This document shows positions 40,893 to 58,603 of a stretch of DNA of 64,000 nt, one piece after another. The notes beneath the pieces were generated by a model that was given only the letters and a program-made list of their open reading frames with translations, ran no database searches and had not been told where the DNA came from. Source of the DNA: the human T2T-CHM13v2.0 reference genome, Homo sapiens. The position numbers were made by a program, and so were the translations under genes. The first letter of the stretch is position 1. The number at the start of each line of letters is the position of its first letter. The DNA lies in the NCBI GenBank assembly GCA_009914755.4, contig CP068257.2, positions 35,584,001 to 35,648,000 on the forward strand, read 5' to 3'.

Positions 40893-42471
40893 TTATCAAT
40901 TGAACCACACAGTAGCGCCTGAGGATGGTCCCGTTCCTATGCAGTCATAACCCTTTCCGTCAGTCTCACGGGAACAGGTCTCTGGGTCTCCCTGATGGGC
41001 ATATTCTAACTATGACATCAGTAAAGCCTTTTCCCTCCTTAATCCCTGCAGCGTAGGAGGAAAAAAGTAGTGACATACCTCGGAAGTAAGCAGAGTAAAT
41101 ATTTTATGACTCGAGACACAATATAGTACAGAAAATACAAAATTAACATTTGTGGATAAATTAGATATTCTTATAATATACAGGTTTATTCAACTCCTAC
41201 CAGTGAAAGAAGGATAGGGAATTAGCCCACCTGAGGCCGAGGGCCAAGGGATTTAGAAACAGGAGACGGTTTAACAGAGAGGCAAGATCTGTCTACACAA
41301 TGCTTGATTGATCCTGGCAGAGGAAGATAGGATACACTGGTAGAACAGACATTAAGGAAAACCCAAGATCTCACCAAGAACTTCTCCCTCAGATTTTCGT
41401 CTAGACTTTCATCAGGAAGACATAAGATTTATGGCTCCAGATAGTACTAATACCTCGTCCAACATCACAAGCAGAGGCCTTCAACTGGGGGCCGTGACTA
41501 CAAAGAGGGACCGTTCACAGACTGGCAACGAACCCAGAACGTATACACCGAAATCGTGTGCAGGGTGCTACTGTTTTGGGAGAAGAGCCGTAGCTTCTGT
41601 CTCATCATGGAGGAGGCGCCTGGCCTGGGAAAGGCCATATTGTCAAGTGGGAGGAGGAAGAGGCGCAGCCCCGTGTGGTGTGCGTGCTCATCAGAGAAGC
41701 CAGCACAGACACTGGGACCCACTCGCGTCACCAAGAGCCAACCCCTCTTCAGGGTGAGTAAAGGAAAGAGCTTTCATTGGAGGAATGTGAATACTTTTCA
41801 GTTATCCAGCCCAGAGACACTGAAAGGAGACGGCAGTCCCGTCCTCCCCTTCTCTGGGTTGTGCTCATCTCTCGAAACTACCTGCTTTTGCCACCAGCAG
41901 CTAAGCTATAAATTCCCTCAATCACACCCCATCCGAGACTACAGCCCGCACCCTAGAGCTTAACAATGGAGAGCCAATCGCCCATCAATGCCATTTCTGT
42001 AAGCCTATGAGAATTCCTGGCAAACAACTTTGTATCACCCCACTCCGTGTCCCCCTTTCTTTGCCTTAACAACCTACTTGTAACACAGGGGAACGGAGTT
42101 CATATCCAGGGTCACTGGGTCTGTATCTTCTGGGCAGCTGTCCTCTCTTTGGCTCGAGTCAGCTCTTTATTATACTTTGTGCCTCAGCTGCTTTGCTTTA
42201 GATGGACAGAGGCCATGCACCCAAGAACCACACCACTCAGAGCCTGCTTCGAGGGGCTCCTCCAAGTCCCTGCCCTGGAGGAGCTAAGTCTGGAGAGAGG
42301 CCTGAAGCTGCCCATCTTCAACCTCAGCCCAAAGAGCCGCCTGGAAACAAGCATTCCAAAGGCTACTGGCCACCTTGCTCTTCTCAGCTTTGCTGGCTCT
42401 CACAGCGGAAACCACTGGCAAGTTTGTTCAAAGGGGGGCAAAAGCAACCACATTTTCTAACTTTGTATTCT

Positions 42472-42737
42472 CTTTTTTTTCCTCATTCACTCTGTCACCC
42501 AGGCTGGAGTGCAGCGGCACGCTGCAACCTCCGCCTCCTGGGTTCAAGCAATTCTCCTGCCTCAGCCTCCCAAGTAGCTGGGACTACAGGCATGCACCAC
42601 CACACCCAGCTAATTTTTTGTATTGTTAGTAGGGTTTCACCAATGTTGGTCAGGCTGGTCTCGAACTCCTGACCTCAAGTGATCCACCCATCTCAGCCTC
42701 CCAAAGTGCTGGGATTACAGGTGTGAGCACCCAGCCT
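42472..42737 (-). mobile_element. Alu, reverse orientation, flanked by a perfect 16-bp target-site duplication TAACTTTGTATTCTCT
   Basis: The target-site duplication lies at 42450-42465 and 42738-42753. Body: TTTTTTTTCCTCATTCACTCTGTCACCCAGGCTGGAGTGCAGCGGCACGCTGCAACCTCC...GGTGTGAGCACCCAGCC. Confidence 0.95.
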
Positions 42738-44987
42738 AACTTTGTATTCTCTAAATGTAAAAGGCCACTACCAAACTATACAACTCTTTTTCTTATTTGT
42801 TCTCTGTAATAAAATGCCAAAACCATAATTGGAACTCTGGATTTGAAAATAGTGGCATCAAGTCCGCGACCCCTCTTGGCTTCCTGGAAATCACCCAAAG
42901 AATGAGAACCAAAACCACAAACTGCATTTTCGGCGAGGCAAGGAGATAGCTAAATACCATGAAATAGGTGGAAGAGCTGTTAAAAGAAGTGAAGACTGAG
43001 CAGGGGGACGTGATGAAAAACGGAAAGAAGGCCCCCAGCTCTGCAAACGTGCTTCTTCTGGAAAGTGAGGGTACACCTGGGAACAGCTGAGGCCACACCC
43101 AGAGAGGCATCCTGTCAACCCGCCCCATGCTGGAAGCAGTCGGTCTCTGCAGTGGTGGAGACAATGAGCCCCTCTGCAAGGTGCAAACGCCCTGCAGCTG
43201 GTTACTGCATGGGCTCATGCAAAGTCAAGATGAAAGAAACTCTCACGTAAATCCTCCGGCTATTAGAACACTCCAGCCAGCCTGGTCTAGGAATAAATTC
43301 ATCTCCTGCAAGGAGAGGTTAAAAGGAACCAGCAGAGGAGCACATGACATCTAATGGATTAAAAAATGAGAGTGGGAAGGGAAAGGAAGGAGGGGAAGTG
43401 AGGAAGGAGAGAAATACGAGTGGCAGATGAATGCGAAAGCCAGGTCAGGTCACTGTTCCACTTAGATTTTTCAGCAGCTCACCATCTCAAGCACACAGTA
43501 AGAGCCACAGCAGCCTACAAAGGGGGACCCGCCCTCTCCTTACCTGACGGCCCTCATATGGGGCCCTCTGCTCCCTCGCTCCTGCCCTGGCCCCCTTGCC
43601 ATTCCTTTCAGAGGCCTGCACATTCCAGCCTTAGGCAACTGCCCACGTTCCTTGCTCCACCTGCTTGTTCTTCTCAGATACCTGCAGGACTCGGTTCCGT
43701 GAGCCCACATTTGAAACTGTACTACTCCCTCCCTAGCACTCATTATCCCCCCTCCCTGACTGACTGCGCTCTGTGACACTTACACCTTCCAAAATAAGAC
43801 AAAAGTGCCTCCCTATTTTATTTATTGTCTGTCTCCTGCCCCTGAACATAAACTCCACCAGGGCAGAGTGATTGGCAACAGTAGGCATTCAATGAACATT
43901 TACTAAATGAATAAACGATCATTCACCAGAAGAAAAATCCATACCATCAAGCAGATGAAAATGGTGAATGTGCATTTCACCATGAATTTGTAAAGTCCGA
44001 TGAGACAATTGCTTCTATAAAGGATGAACACAAAACAGAGCTATAAGAGCTCAGGGAGGAAATGGTGAGGCAAAAGGAAGAGATAAAAATATAGGAAAGC
44101 TCAGAAAAGAAGTAAAAGGAAAAAATCAAACCACCACAGAAAATAAATTTAAAAGGGTCTAAGGATATATGCAGGGCAGAAATGACAAAATCCAAATAAA
44201 TTAAATGAAAATTTAAGAAAGAATTCAAAAAGAACCACAAAGAGATAAAATTGGAGACAGGTAACAAACACACAGCTATGCCTAATTAAGTTCCAAATAA
44301 GAAAACTGAAATAATGAAGCAGAACAAATATTTACTGTGATAATTCAAAAACAGTCAAGGGCAAAGGAATTAGGAGCACTCAATGAAAATACTCTGTAGC
44401 AAAAGTGTTCTCATTCAAAAAAGAAAATATCCTTTTGGAGTCAGGAAAAAAGATCGAGTCACTCATAAGAGGAAAAGAAACCATATTTCTCCATAGCAAA
44501 ATGGAATTCAAAATGCAAGCAGAATGATACAACAATGCTCAAGGCAGTGAAGTGTGACCCTAGAATTTATACTCACCTAATCTGTCATTCCAGTGTAACT
44601 GAAAGTTTTAAATGTGCAAAAATAAAAAAACCCAACCAAACTAAAAAAAAAAACATATCCCAAGCAATACTATATAAAAGTCCTTCTTGAGGAATGTACT
44701 AAATAGTAAACTATAGCTATCCAAGAGATGGCTAGAAAAACTATGTCAAAAGAACCAACTGTGAGGATTAACTCCATTTAATTGTAAGAAGAAGACTGAG
44801 ATAAGTGATGATTATAATGAAAGAAGAGAATGCAAAATATAAGTCCTGACAATGTAGAATGTAATCGACACTAGCTGGGAGACTAAGAGAACTAGAATCT
44901 AGGAAGTAGTATAATGTACATGGCTTTCCCATCTTTGATGGCTGGGATTTAAAAATGTATTATTCAAACCATACTTCCATACTTTTA

Positions 44988-45263
<276 letters not shown>

Positions 45264-46098
45264 TACACTTTTCAGTATGGTAGCTGTAAGCCATATGTGA
45301 CTATTGAAACTTAAACTTATATTAATAGTTAAAATTCAGGACCTTCCATTTCAAGTGTTTAATAGCCACACTATGGCCAGTGGCTATCATAAGAGACAGA
45401 GCAGATAAGAAGTACATTCACATCATCACAGAGAGCTCTACTGGACAGTGCTGATTTAAAGTTAATAAGTCAAATAATGTCGTACAAATAAACTTAACAG
45501 AAGTAAACAACGACGAATACTATAAGTAACTAAGATCAGGTAGTAGCGGGAAGAAAGGGAAAAGGAAAGAGGAAATATGCTAATTTACCATTGTTCACAG
45601 TAGGAAATTAATAAATAATGTCTAAAATGTGAAGATTCAGGTACAATAAAAAGTTGCAAGGGTAACAGTTAAAACAAAAATAAAACTCCAGATGACTAGA
45701 AAATCATACAAACAACTAAAGCAAACAAGACAGACTGTAAAAAGATGTTTCAAAAGCTACTTAAAAACACATTCCCCCCAACCAAGCAGGAATGACAGAA
45801 TTAATGCCAAACGTATGTCATATTAACAAATGAGCCAAATTAATGCCTATTCAAAAACAGACATGAATATTCCATTACAAGGCAAAACCCAATTTTATGT
45901 TGTATGACAGAGAAGCACCTAAAATGGCAGGGGTGGATTTGGAGAGGATAAAAAAGAAAGGATAAACAAAGGCAAAGAAAGAAGGCATGGATTGTCACCT
46001 TAATATCAGACAATGCTGAATTCCGAGAATGAAGGATTAAACAAGACAAAGGGGACTTTACAATTCTAAAGGAGCAACTCACAATAAAGACTTGTGAG

Positions 46099-46230
46099 GC
46101 CAGGTGTGGTGGCTCATGCCTGCAATTCTAGCACTTTGGGAGGCCGAGGCAGGAGGATTGTTTGAGCCCAGGAGTTTGAGACCAGCCTAGGCAGCATAGC
46201 GAGACCCTGTCTCTAAAAAAAGAAAAAGAC
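46099..46230 (+). mobile_element. Alu monomer (FLAM-like) nested in the L1M
   Basis: GGCCAGGTGTGGTGGCTCATGCCTGCAATTCTAGCACTTTGGGAGGCCGAGGCAGGAGGATTGTTTGAGCCCAGGAGTTTGAGACCAGCCTAGGCAGCATAGCGAGACCCTGTCTCTAAAAAAAGAAAAAG. Confidence 0.85.
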
Positions 46231-48211
46231 GTGGTATTATTATCTGCAGATCAAACAGTGTCCACACTTGTAAAGCAAAAACTACAGGGAATAGATTTAA
46301 GGAGAAACTGAGTAAAACAAATTCGTTGTGGGAGACATTAATTTACAGATCATGACCAATAGAGTAGACAGAAAGAAACAAGGATACAGAAGACCTACGT
46401 CACATATCAACAGGGTATAATGAACTGGCATACATAGATCTCTATACCCTGAAAACAGAGAATATGCTCTTTTCAGTGTCCATGATATACTTTTAAAAAC
46501 TGGCCAAACTGATCCCTTAATAAGTCCAATAGGTCTTTCTTCTGGGGGTGGGGGGAGGGGGGGAACAAAGCAAATTATTAAATAATCTAATCAAAAAAGA
46601 AAAACACAAATATCCAAAATAAGAAATAAGAGCAGAAATACTAGAAAAATGGAGGTAATTAAAAGATAATATTCAACACTATTCAACTGTATATAAGTAA
46701 ATTTGAAAAGCTGACTAAGTGAATTATTTTTCTGGGAAAATATAATTTATCCAAAATCACTCCAAGGGAGACATGAAATCCAAGCAAATCAATCATCATA
46801 GAAAAAATAAAGTTCTAAATAAGGCCCCCAAACCCGACAGCTTCACAGGAGATCATTCCCTGAATTTTTCTGTGTGAAGAACAGAAAATTCCACTATAAA
46901 ACTATTAGAAAGCAACGAACTTAAAAAAAAAAAAAAAGCCAACATAACAATGACAGCAAAATAAGACAAAAGTCTACACACTCAGAGAGAGAGACAGGAG
47001 AGAGAAGAGAGAAAACTAGATTATTCTCATTTGTAAATACCAGTGCAAAGGTCCTAAATAAAATATTAGCAAATGCAATCCAGTAGCAACTTAAAACAAC
47101 ACTATACATAACCAAGTAGAATTCAGTCAAGGAATATAAGCATAGTTTAATAATGAGAAAACTGGTAATACAACTCATATTAATAGCTATTAAGAGAAAA
47201 ATTATATATAGTCATCTCCATAGATGCTGAAAAGGCATTTGAAAAAATTTATGCATTCTTGATAAAATTCTTAGTAAAATAATAGAAGGATGACCAAATA
47301 TATCTACCTTACCCCAAAGCCAGCATCAAACTTAATGAGAAAACAAGATATCATCCATTTAAGTCAGGAATAAAAGAAGGATGTCCACTATCACCACAAT
47401 TAACGTTCTGCAAGTACTAGTTAATACAATAAAACTAGAGAGAGAAAGAGGTAATTCAAAGGCAGGAGGTAAAATGATCACTACTTGCACAATGAGTGTA
47501 TACCTGAAGAAACCCAAGGGAATCCACTGAAAAACTACTATCAACATGAAGAGAGTTTCAGAAAAGATGACAGCTGGGTACAAAATTAACACAGAGAACC
47601 CAATAGGTATCACATATAAACCAACAACTAGTGAGAAGATACAATGGAAGAAATGGCCTTATTTTCAAAAGGAACAAAAAGTTAAAATATTATAAGTCAA
47701 TTTCACAGGAAATGTCTAAAACTCCCAGATGACAAAACTTAAAACATGCCTGAAAGCCACAAAAGAAAATTTGAAGAAATGGCCAACCATGCCAGATTTT
47801 GAATGGGAAAGATTTAATGCCCTTAACAAATCTACTTTCCCAGAAGTTGGTTTATAAAGGCAACCTAATCTTAAAAGAAAATAACACCACAATTGTTTTT
47901 CTTTTTTGAGGGGGAGATGGCGGGAGTGGGAGGGATACACTAGACAAGCTGATTCTGAAGTTTATATGCAATGATAAATCTGAAAAGAAGAAAATTGGAG
48001 AAACTAGCCCTGTGAGATATTACAACGCTGCTATAATTTACAAAGTGTCATACAGCACACATGTTCAGGCTGAAAGATCAACAGAACAAAAGTCTAGAAA
48101 TAGACCCAGACAGTATGGGAAGCTAATGTTTGATAAAGGTAGCATTTAAAATCCTTAGGGAAGAGAGGGAATATTCAATAAGTGATACTGGGAAACTGGC
48201 CAGAGAACTCA

Positions 48212-48638
<427 letters not shown>

Positions 48639-48829
48639 TCATATCTAAGTGGGAAAGGCCTTTCTATGAATGCCTCAAAACTCTGAATAAATATGGCCAC
48701 AAATATGACTATGAACAATACCACTATATAAATGATAAACTAGGTAAAATACCTACAACTTAATATAACAAATTAGCAAAGGGCTGATTTCCCTAATATT
48801 TTAAGAATGCCTAAAAGAAATCAATGAAA

Positions 48830-49147
<318 letters not shown>

Positions 49148-50743
49148 TCAGAAGAAAAATGAAAAAAAAAAGGGCAAATGATCTGAACAAAGAGCTCACA
49201 GAAAAGGGAATGCAGATTGTTCCTAAACACAGAAAAATATGCTCAATTTCAACAAAAATATGATAAATAGCAATTAAAACAAAGATAAAAAAATGTCATT
49301 ACATTGTGTTGCCAGAGGGGAGGCAATAAGCCTTCTCTGCATTGCTGGGGATAACCTGAAATGTTGCAACCTCGTGCTGGCTATTTGGCAAGACCAAAAA
49401 CATTTTACAAACACATGGGCCCAGCAGATACATTTGCAGATGTGAGATGACTTATGAACATAGTTATTCACTGCAACACTGTTTGTAAATAACAAAAGAT
49501 GGTCGACAAACTAAATTCCAACAATAGGAAAATTGTGAGTTTTCTTTCAACAATGTGGAGATCATTTACACTAGTACATATGGGGATGCAGGGCTAGTTT
49601 CCTTCATTTATCTTAAGAACTGACTCCTTATTGCATATGAATCAGCATGTCCAGTCTACGCCCCCTCACTCCCATACATTCTACTTTTTTTTAAAATTTA
49701 AGCTGTATATTGCACCATTTGTGAAAAAGAGGAAGAAAAAGCACATTTGTACATATTTACTTGTAGATGCATACAGTATCTTTGGAAGGAATCACAAGAA
49801 ATTGATAGCTGTGGTTGCCCCACAGGAGAAGCCCTTGATGAATAGGGTGGGTGAGGCAGGGGGTATCGATCTTGAAATTCATGAATGTTGAACCCTGTGA
49901 ATTGATTACCTATTATAATGAATCCATTTTTAAATAAAACAAAATCCCAGAGTGGGTAGCCTTTAGACCTCAATGTACAAAGTTCTAAGCCTCTTAAATT
50001 TTGATAACCTATAGGCCTAATAGTCTCTCCTCAGGAAAAGATCTGAAGATTGTGTGTTAAAAAGTCACATTTCTTTGGGTTAGTTCTTATTTTGGACTTG
50101 AACACAACTGCTAGAAAAGTAAAAGCCTCTCAACGCCTCAGCCATTCTCTCTGCAATGCTTTTCCTTTCCAATGGTCCTGGCAGTGGGATGCACCATGAC
50201 AGCCCATCTTCGTTCCCCACAGTCGTGTGCATATATCTGAACAAGGCCTTCCCTCCTAAACCACCTGAGATTCTGCCATCCCATTTGGTCTAAAGATCCG
50301 GTACACCTATAGTGAGATGCCTTTTTATTTACCAATGAGGACCAAATGCACTAAGTAGTGAACTAACATGAAAACAAAACACCAAGGTAAGTTACTGAGC
50401 TGGGTGGGAAAACATGAGTGAGACAATTAATTGCTTGTTGAAACACTCTACCCTTTCTTAGTAGCACTGAGAGACCCATTTTGATTAGAAAGCGGAAATC
50501 AGAAACATTAAAGAGATTTCAATGTGTTAGGTATCCCCATCTCCACTATTTTATGTAACTGTTTCCATCTTGTCTGAAAAAACAGGATAAACAATCCTCA
50601 GATAGTTCTCCACATGGTAAGTAATGGCCAGTATTATGTGAAATTTACTGAAGTTCCAGGAAAGAGAATTTTGCATGGAATACACTATCTCCAAACTATC
50701 ATTTAAACTGAGATACTCCAATGCAGTTCATTTCCTGGTACAG

Positions 50744-50768
50744 AAACAAACAAACAAACAAACAAACT
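50744..50768. repeat. (CAAA)n microsatellite
   Basis: aaacaaacaaacaaacaaacaaac. Confidence 0.9.
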
Positions 50769-51929
50769 AAGACAATGCCACTCAGCAACCCCATTCCTAG
50801 ATTTTAAAACCCAAGTGAAATGAAAGCTATGTTCACACAAAAATCATGCCCAAGTGCTTCTGGGAGCTTTATTCATCATCACCCAAACGTCTTCTACAGG
50901 TGAATAGATGAACGAACTGTGATACATCTATGCAAGGGTGGACAACTCGGCCATCAAAACGAATGAACTATTAACACACAACCTGGATGAATCCGAACGA
51001 AATGCATTACGCTAATGATAAAGCCAGATTCAAAGGCTACAAAGCACATAATCATATTTATGCCAGTTACGTGACATTCTGGAAAAAGCAAACTATAGGG
51101 ACTGAAAACAGGGGCTACAAAGGAGCACAGGGGAATTTGGGGGGTGTCAGATCTGTTCCATATCTTGAATTGTGGGTGGCTACAGTCTCAAGGAACTTTA
51201 TACTGAAAAGAGTCATCTACTGTTTGTAATTATACCTGTTTTTAAAAAACACAGAAATTATCACGTATAGGAGGAAATAGTTATATTACTTTCTGGACAA
51301 TTGAGTCATATTCTAAAATTGATTAATGTTTAAGTAAAATCTACAAAAGTTAGTTCACTAGCAATGAAACTGTAACAAAATAACAAGATATCAATTTACA
51401 TGGCTTACATACATGTGCTGCCAATATAGAGAAATAATACCATCATTTGACAACTTTTTTGGCATGCTTGCTGTATCAGACACTGTTTTAGGCACTTGGA
51501 CATGGCAGGGAACACAACAGGTGAAGCCCATGCTCTGGGGGCTTATGTTTTAGTATCACATTCTGGGGCAGAACCAACATGGTAAAACATAGCTGGTTCC
51601 TTCTACGTATGGTATAGTATACACACAGGCGTCAATACTAAGTAAAATGGGCTGACAAAAAGCATACTGTCCAATAGTGTGATGTGAAACTTCAAAATCT
51701 GAAACTTTCTTGAGAGCCTGGAAAAGAAACTGAAGCCACTGAACAAAAGTTTAAAAGAAAGGGAAAAATACTATTCATAAAAAGTAAACATTAATAAAAG
51801 TAAGTATATGCAGGATCTTTAGCAGCAGAGTATTAAATTCTAATCATGGTGTGTTGCGTGGCTTCAGGAGTTAGATAGCACATATTAACAAAATTATGTT
51901 AATAGAGACTACCTGATTTCAGATTTCAA

Positions 51930-52150
51930 TAGGATGGAGCATCCCTAGTCTGAAAATCTGAAATCTGAAACGTTCCAAAGTCCAAAGCTTTCTGGGCACT
52001 GACATGACATTCAAAGAAGACCCTCACTGGAGCATTTCGGATTCTGGATTTTTGGATTAGGGATGCTCAACCATTAAATATCTACAAATACTCCAAATCT
52101 GAAAAAATTCCAAAATCCAAAACACCTCTAGTCCCAAGCATTTCGGATAA
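51930..52150. mobile_element. Palindromic non-autonomous DNA-transposon relic with repeated TCTGAAA / TCCAAAATCC / TTCGGAT motifs (MER53-like)
   Basis: catccctagtctgaaaatctgaaatctgaaacgttccaaagtccaaagctttctgggcactgacatgacattcaaagaagaccctcactggagcatttcggattctggatttttggattagggatgctcaaccattaaatatctacaaatactccaaatctgaaaaaattccaaaatccaaaacacctctagtcccaagcatttcggataaggactattcaag. The two halves are imperfect reverse complements. The family name is from memory and uncertain. Confidence 0.5.
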
Positions 52151-52559
52151 GGACTATTCAAGAAATAACATTCCAACTTGTAGGTTTACAAAGTTGACAT
52201 TCGTTTGGAACTACTGGCATAAGTGCATGTAAAGACTCCAGACTATAAACCAAACATTTAGGAGGGCTCCAATTACAAAGGAGCCTGGAATTGGCATAAT
52301 TACAGGCCAAAGTAATGACCGTGGAACACAGGGAGTCCGCCAAAGAAAATGCTCTGTAGAGCCAGCCCACACTTATATATGAACAACCAAAGAGCCAGCA
52401 GATTGAAATCCCAGAGTGAAATCATGTATGAATCACGATAGTGCAGCATTCAAATCCAAGCCAGGATGCAGGCAAACTTCAGAGTAGAGGACAAGAGATG
52501 AGTCTAGCAGCAAATGAGGCTAACAGCCTAAAGGGCCCTTGTTAGAAAGCAAGAGCACG

Positions 52560-52735
52560 GTTAGGTGGGGTGGCTCGCACTGTAATCCCAACCCACTTTG
52601 GGAGGCTAGGATGGGAGGATCACCTGAAACCAGGAGTTTAAGGCTGCAGTGAGCTATGATTGTGCCACTGTGCTCCAGCCTGCGTAACAGTGCAAGACCC
52701 CATCTCTAAAACAAGTAAGTAAAGAAAGAAAGAGC
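52560..52735 (+). mobile_element. Alu with an internal deletion
   Basis: GGTTAGGTGGGGTGGCTCGCACTGTAATCCCAACCCACTTTGGGAGGCTAGGATGGGAGGATCACCTGAAACCAGGAGTTTAAGGCTGCAGTGAGCTATGATTGTGCCACTGTGCTCCAGCCTGCGTAACAGTGCAAGACCCCATCTC. Confidence 0.85.
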
Positions 52736-52736
52736 T

Positions 52737-53030
52737 CAGGCTGGGTGCGGTGGCTCACGCCTGTAATCCCAGCACTTTGGGAGGCTGGGGCAGGGGAATC
52801 ACCTAAGGTCACAAGTTCAAGACCAGCCTGGCCAGCATGATGAAACCCCATCTCTACTAAAAATACAAAAAATAGCCAGGCATGGTGGCGGGCACCTGTA
52901 ATCCCAGCTACTTGGGAGGCTGCGGCAGGAGAATTGCTTGAACCAGGAGGCAGAGGCTGCAGTGAGCTGAGACATTGCATTCTGCCTGGGTGACAAGAGC
53001 AAAACTCTGTCTAGAAAAAAAAAATAAATA
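52737..53030 (+). mobile_element. Alu, full length, inserted into the tail of the preceding Alu, with the target-site duplication AAAGAGCTCAG
   Basis: GGCTGGGTGCGGTGGCTCACGCCTGTAATCCCAGCACTTTGGGAGGCTGGGGCAGGGGAATCACCTAAGGTCACAAGTTCAAGACCAGCCTGGCCAGCATGATGAAACCCCATCTC... The sequence aaagagctcag occurs on both flanks. Confidence 0.95.
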
Positions 53031-54040
53031 AAAGAAAAGAAAAAAAGAGCTCAGCAAAAAGAGCACTGTAGGGTAGATCACGTGTTAATTAAGCAGTACG
53101 GAACAGGGTCTCTGCTTCAGGTTAATCCAGGGTAGGCTCTGGGGACAGATCACCTAAGGCTGCTCTATGAAACTACTGTGAGATGCAGAGAATGTCATGT
53201 GGTTAATTCTGGGCACTGTTCATGGGGCAGCAGAGGAGAAGGGGCAGAAGACATTCTTTTGTATTAGTTGCATTTTCTTAGCAAGTAAAAATATATATTT
53301 TCAATTTACAAAATGGTTTTTTAAAATCTGAAACACACGGTCAAACTATCATGACTGTATTTTTTTTAGATTAGAAAAAGCTTAGTTTTTTTCCTGATGA
53401 TTACTGAAGAATGGGATTTCTGCCCATCGGCTCCTAATTTTCCATTGACAGGACTGCTTGCTGCTCCTTTCCCAAAGGTGAAGATTTGGGTTTTAGAGAA
53501 ATTGTCTTAAATAATTCTTTCTGATAAAACAAAGGAAGAGCTAATTTTGGGCTGAAATCATGCCTGGCATGTGACAGTAAAACCATAAACGTAAATAAGA
53601 CACTGTCATGGGGGAACGGTAGTGAGGATGAAGGGACCGCGACCATCACTGGAAAGCATGTGAGCCAATGCTACTGGCCACCAGAGACCTGCCCAACGGA
53701 TCAGAGCACACACAGCAGGTGTAACCCTCACAGCTACCCAGAGGTCAATTCTGTCTGAGCATCAGTAATCCAGGGTCAGGACAGCTTGTTCCTATCAGAA
53801 GCAAAAGGGCCACAATCTCATGTTGTCCTTCCCAGCTCAAGTTCCCAGGACAAGTAAGTAGGACAACAGTGAAGGTCTCCAGAGCCCACCAGCTTTTGCT
53901 GAGACTGCTAGTCCAAGAGCCCCAGCTGAGTAAATTCTCCAGGAGGAAAATGGCAGAAACTATCAAAGGATAGTCAGTAAACTGGTGGGTCTGTACCTTT
54001 TTGGCTTAAATGCTCCAGTAAATAAAGGCAAAATATTTAA

Positions 54041-54342
<302 letters not shown>

Positions 54343-55067
54343 TAGGCACTGTATTATATCTGAAAGCTAACAGAACTTGTAAGTTTTGACACAGGACCAA
54401 ATTAAATGGGTTGGCATGAAAAAACTTCAACTTTGTTGCCTCTTGCTAGTCACAACATCCTATAACTAATACTTTACAAGAGAACCACTGGCCGTAGGCC
54501 TGTGAAGACACCTCAGCAGCCACTTTGGGATGTGAGGAAGAGTCAGGGAAGGGAGGGAGGAAATAGATATTCTCACTTAAAGTAGAACAGCTCTGCTTTT
54601 ATCTGTTTATAAAATAAAGTATTTTAATATGTATTATTAAAATTGACATTAGAATTTTATATAAGACTTCATTTAATAAAAGGGTTTCATTGCTTTTTTG
54701 GAAAATCTTTATGCTAAACGATGTTCATTTTATTGACTTATTTATAAGGAAACAACCATTTGTAACTTACCAGATGAAAGGTAAAATCTATTTTCTATCA
54801 CCTTGGAAAGGCACTATTTCTCTGAGCCTGGATTTGTTTTCTGCCAACAAGTGACGGCACAAGCTCTCTATTACAGAGAGTAAAAAGCCCAGGCAGTCTT
54901 TTTCATGGCTGCTCACCATGTAAACATGTCCATAAAGTGTTCTGTGTAGCTAAGTTAGAGGACAAGAAGAAGTACTTTACAAAAATTACATCTTTACATA
55001 TTTGCGTTTGTATGACATACTTTTTTCTTTTATTCCTGATAATAAAGTTTTACCATTTTATAATTTA

Positions 55068-56900
<1,833 letters not shown>

Positions 56901-58603
56901 GCAGAGGAAAAGCCCACCACCGTGGCCGAGGGAGATCTAGCAAGCAGCTTGCAGGGGGTGAAGTGTGTGCAAAGCAGGCTGAGACCTGTCCAGTATCGAA
57001 ACACGCCGCGGTGGTCAAGCAGGCTTTACCATGCTCAGGCGCAGGCTGGTACAAGATTTGCAGCAACAAACACCAAGTGGAGAACTACATGAACACTTTT
57101 GATCGCATCCCAGTTTTCAGACAATCTCGGATAATTCTGAAAATGCTTCTTATGCATTATATAAGAGTTTAGGTTATGATTTAACAGACAAGCTTTTTCA
57201 GGAGTATTAGGTTATTGGCAGAAGAAGAGACCTACTTAAAGTTTGGATGACTGTATTCCTAAAAGGTTCATACCTCTCAAAATTACCTTAAGATCTCTTC
57301 TGGCTCAGAGATTTAAATTTTTATACCCTAAGTCCTTACAACAAGCATTCACTGTTACAACTGATCATTCATTTACTAAGAATCCAGCAGGTTAAAGTAG
57401 AATATTTAAGCTTAAAAAAAAAAACAAAAAAACTAGCATTTTAGCTTTGCAATTTTTCTTCATAATAATGAACTGTTATGTATAGGGTTTCTCCTTTTTT
57501 TTCATAAGAAATTACGGGCATGCCCAATTAAGGTAGTATTGAGGTTCTTAAGGTAACAGTACTCAGTCCACAGTGTATAAATTTCTTCTCACTGTAACCT
57601 GGCTATGCTGGGGAGTAAATCTCTTATTTATGTTTTTCACAACCATAATATTTAACAATGTCATTTTCATGAGTACATGTGCCAGAATTTAAGAATGTAA
57701 AACATTCTGGATTTATAAAAACAAATGAATTATATTTACACTACAGAAAGATTTACTGCAGGATTTTTCTAACCAATAAGCTCCCCTACAGCGTTCCAAG
57801 ACACAAAGTAATTTACAGTGCATTTGAGTCCAACTTTTTGATCAAGAACACATCTGCTGCACTAAGCAAAGGAGTTGCAGCAACACCAAAATCACACTTG
57901 GCTCTCACGGCCAAAATCGCCGTCACCTCCGTATGTTCTCCTTGGTCACTGACTCTCCTTCCTCCAAGCAGACATAGACAGTGGGCACATATTTGACAAT
58001 CTGTGAAGCATCTGACAAGCACTCATTATGCCATTTGGAGGGTGTACTAACGTAACTAGCATTGTGGCATACAAAGGGCAATTCTAAGGGTGAACAGACT
58101 TCGGAGCGTGGAAAAGAACATGACAATGCCACCACCTATTACTGCGGCCCCCACGAGGTGTTGGAAGCTAGGATAAGTGTCTTAAAACACTATCTCATTT
58201 AATTTTTAAAATACAACCTTTGAGTAGGTATCATCTCCATTCTACAGATGAGAATTAAGACCCAGAGAAGGCACAAAGAATCCTGGATTTAGGAATAAAA
58301 AGATGCAACTTCAAATATTTGCTATCATCAGTCCCCCTGGCATGTCCCTGAATTCTCTGGGCCTCAGTCTTCTGAACCACAAAACGGAGAAAACGCTACC
58401 TCTTAACAGTATATGGAGGATTAAAGCACTCTGTGAGCTGGAAAAGGCTATCCTAGTCTACCTAGTTATAAAACAGTATTAGTTAGGTGTTTCCATGGGA
58501 AATTTAATCTTTCACTGGAAGTAGGGAATTAGGGAATGTTTAACACAATTCCTGATTATCTCATATCACCCATGGGTCTTTGGAAACAGAAGTCAAGTTT
58601 TTA

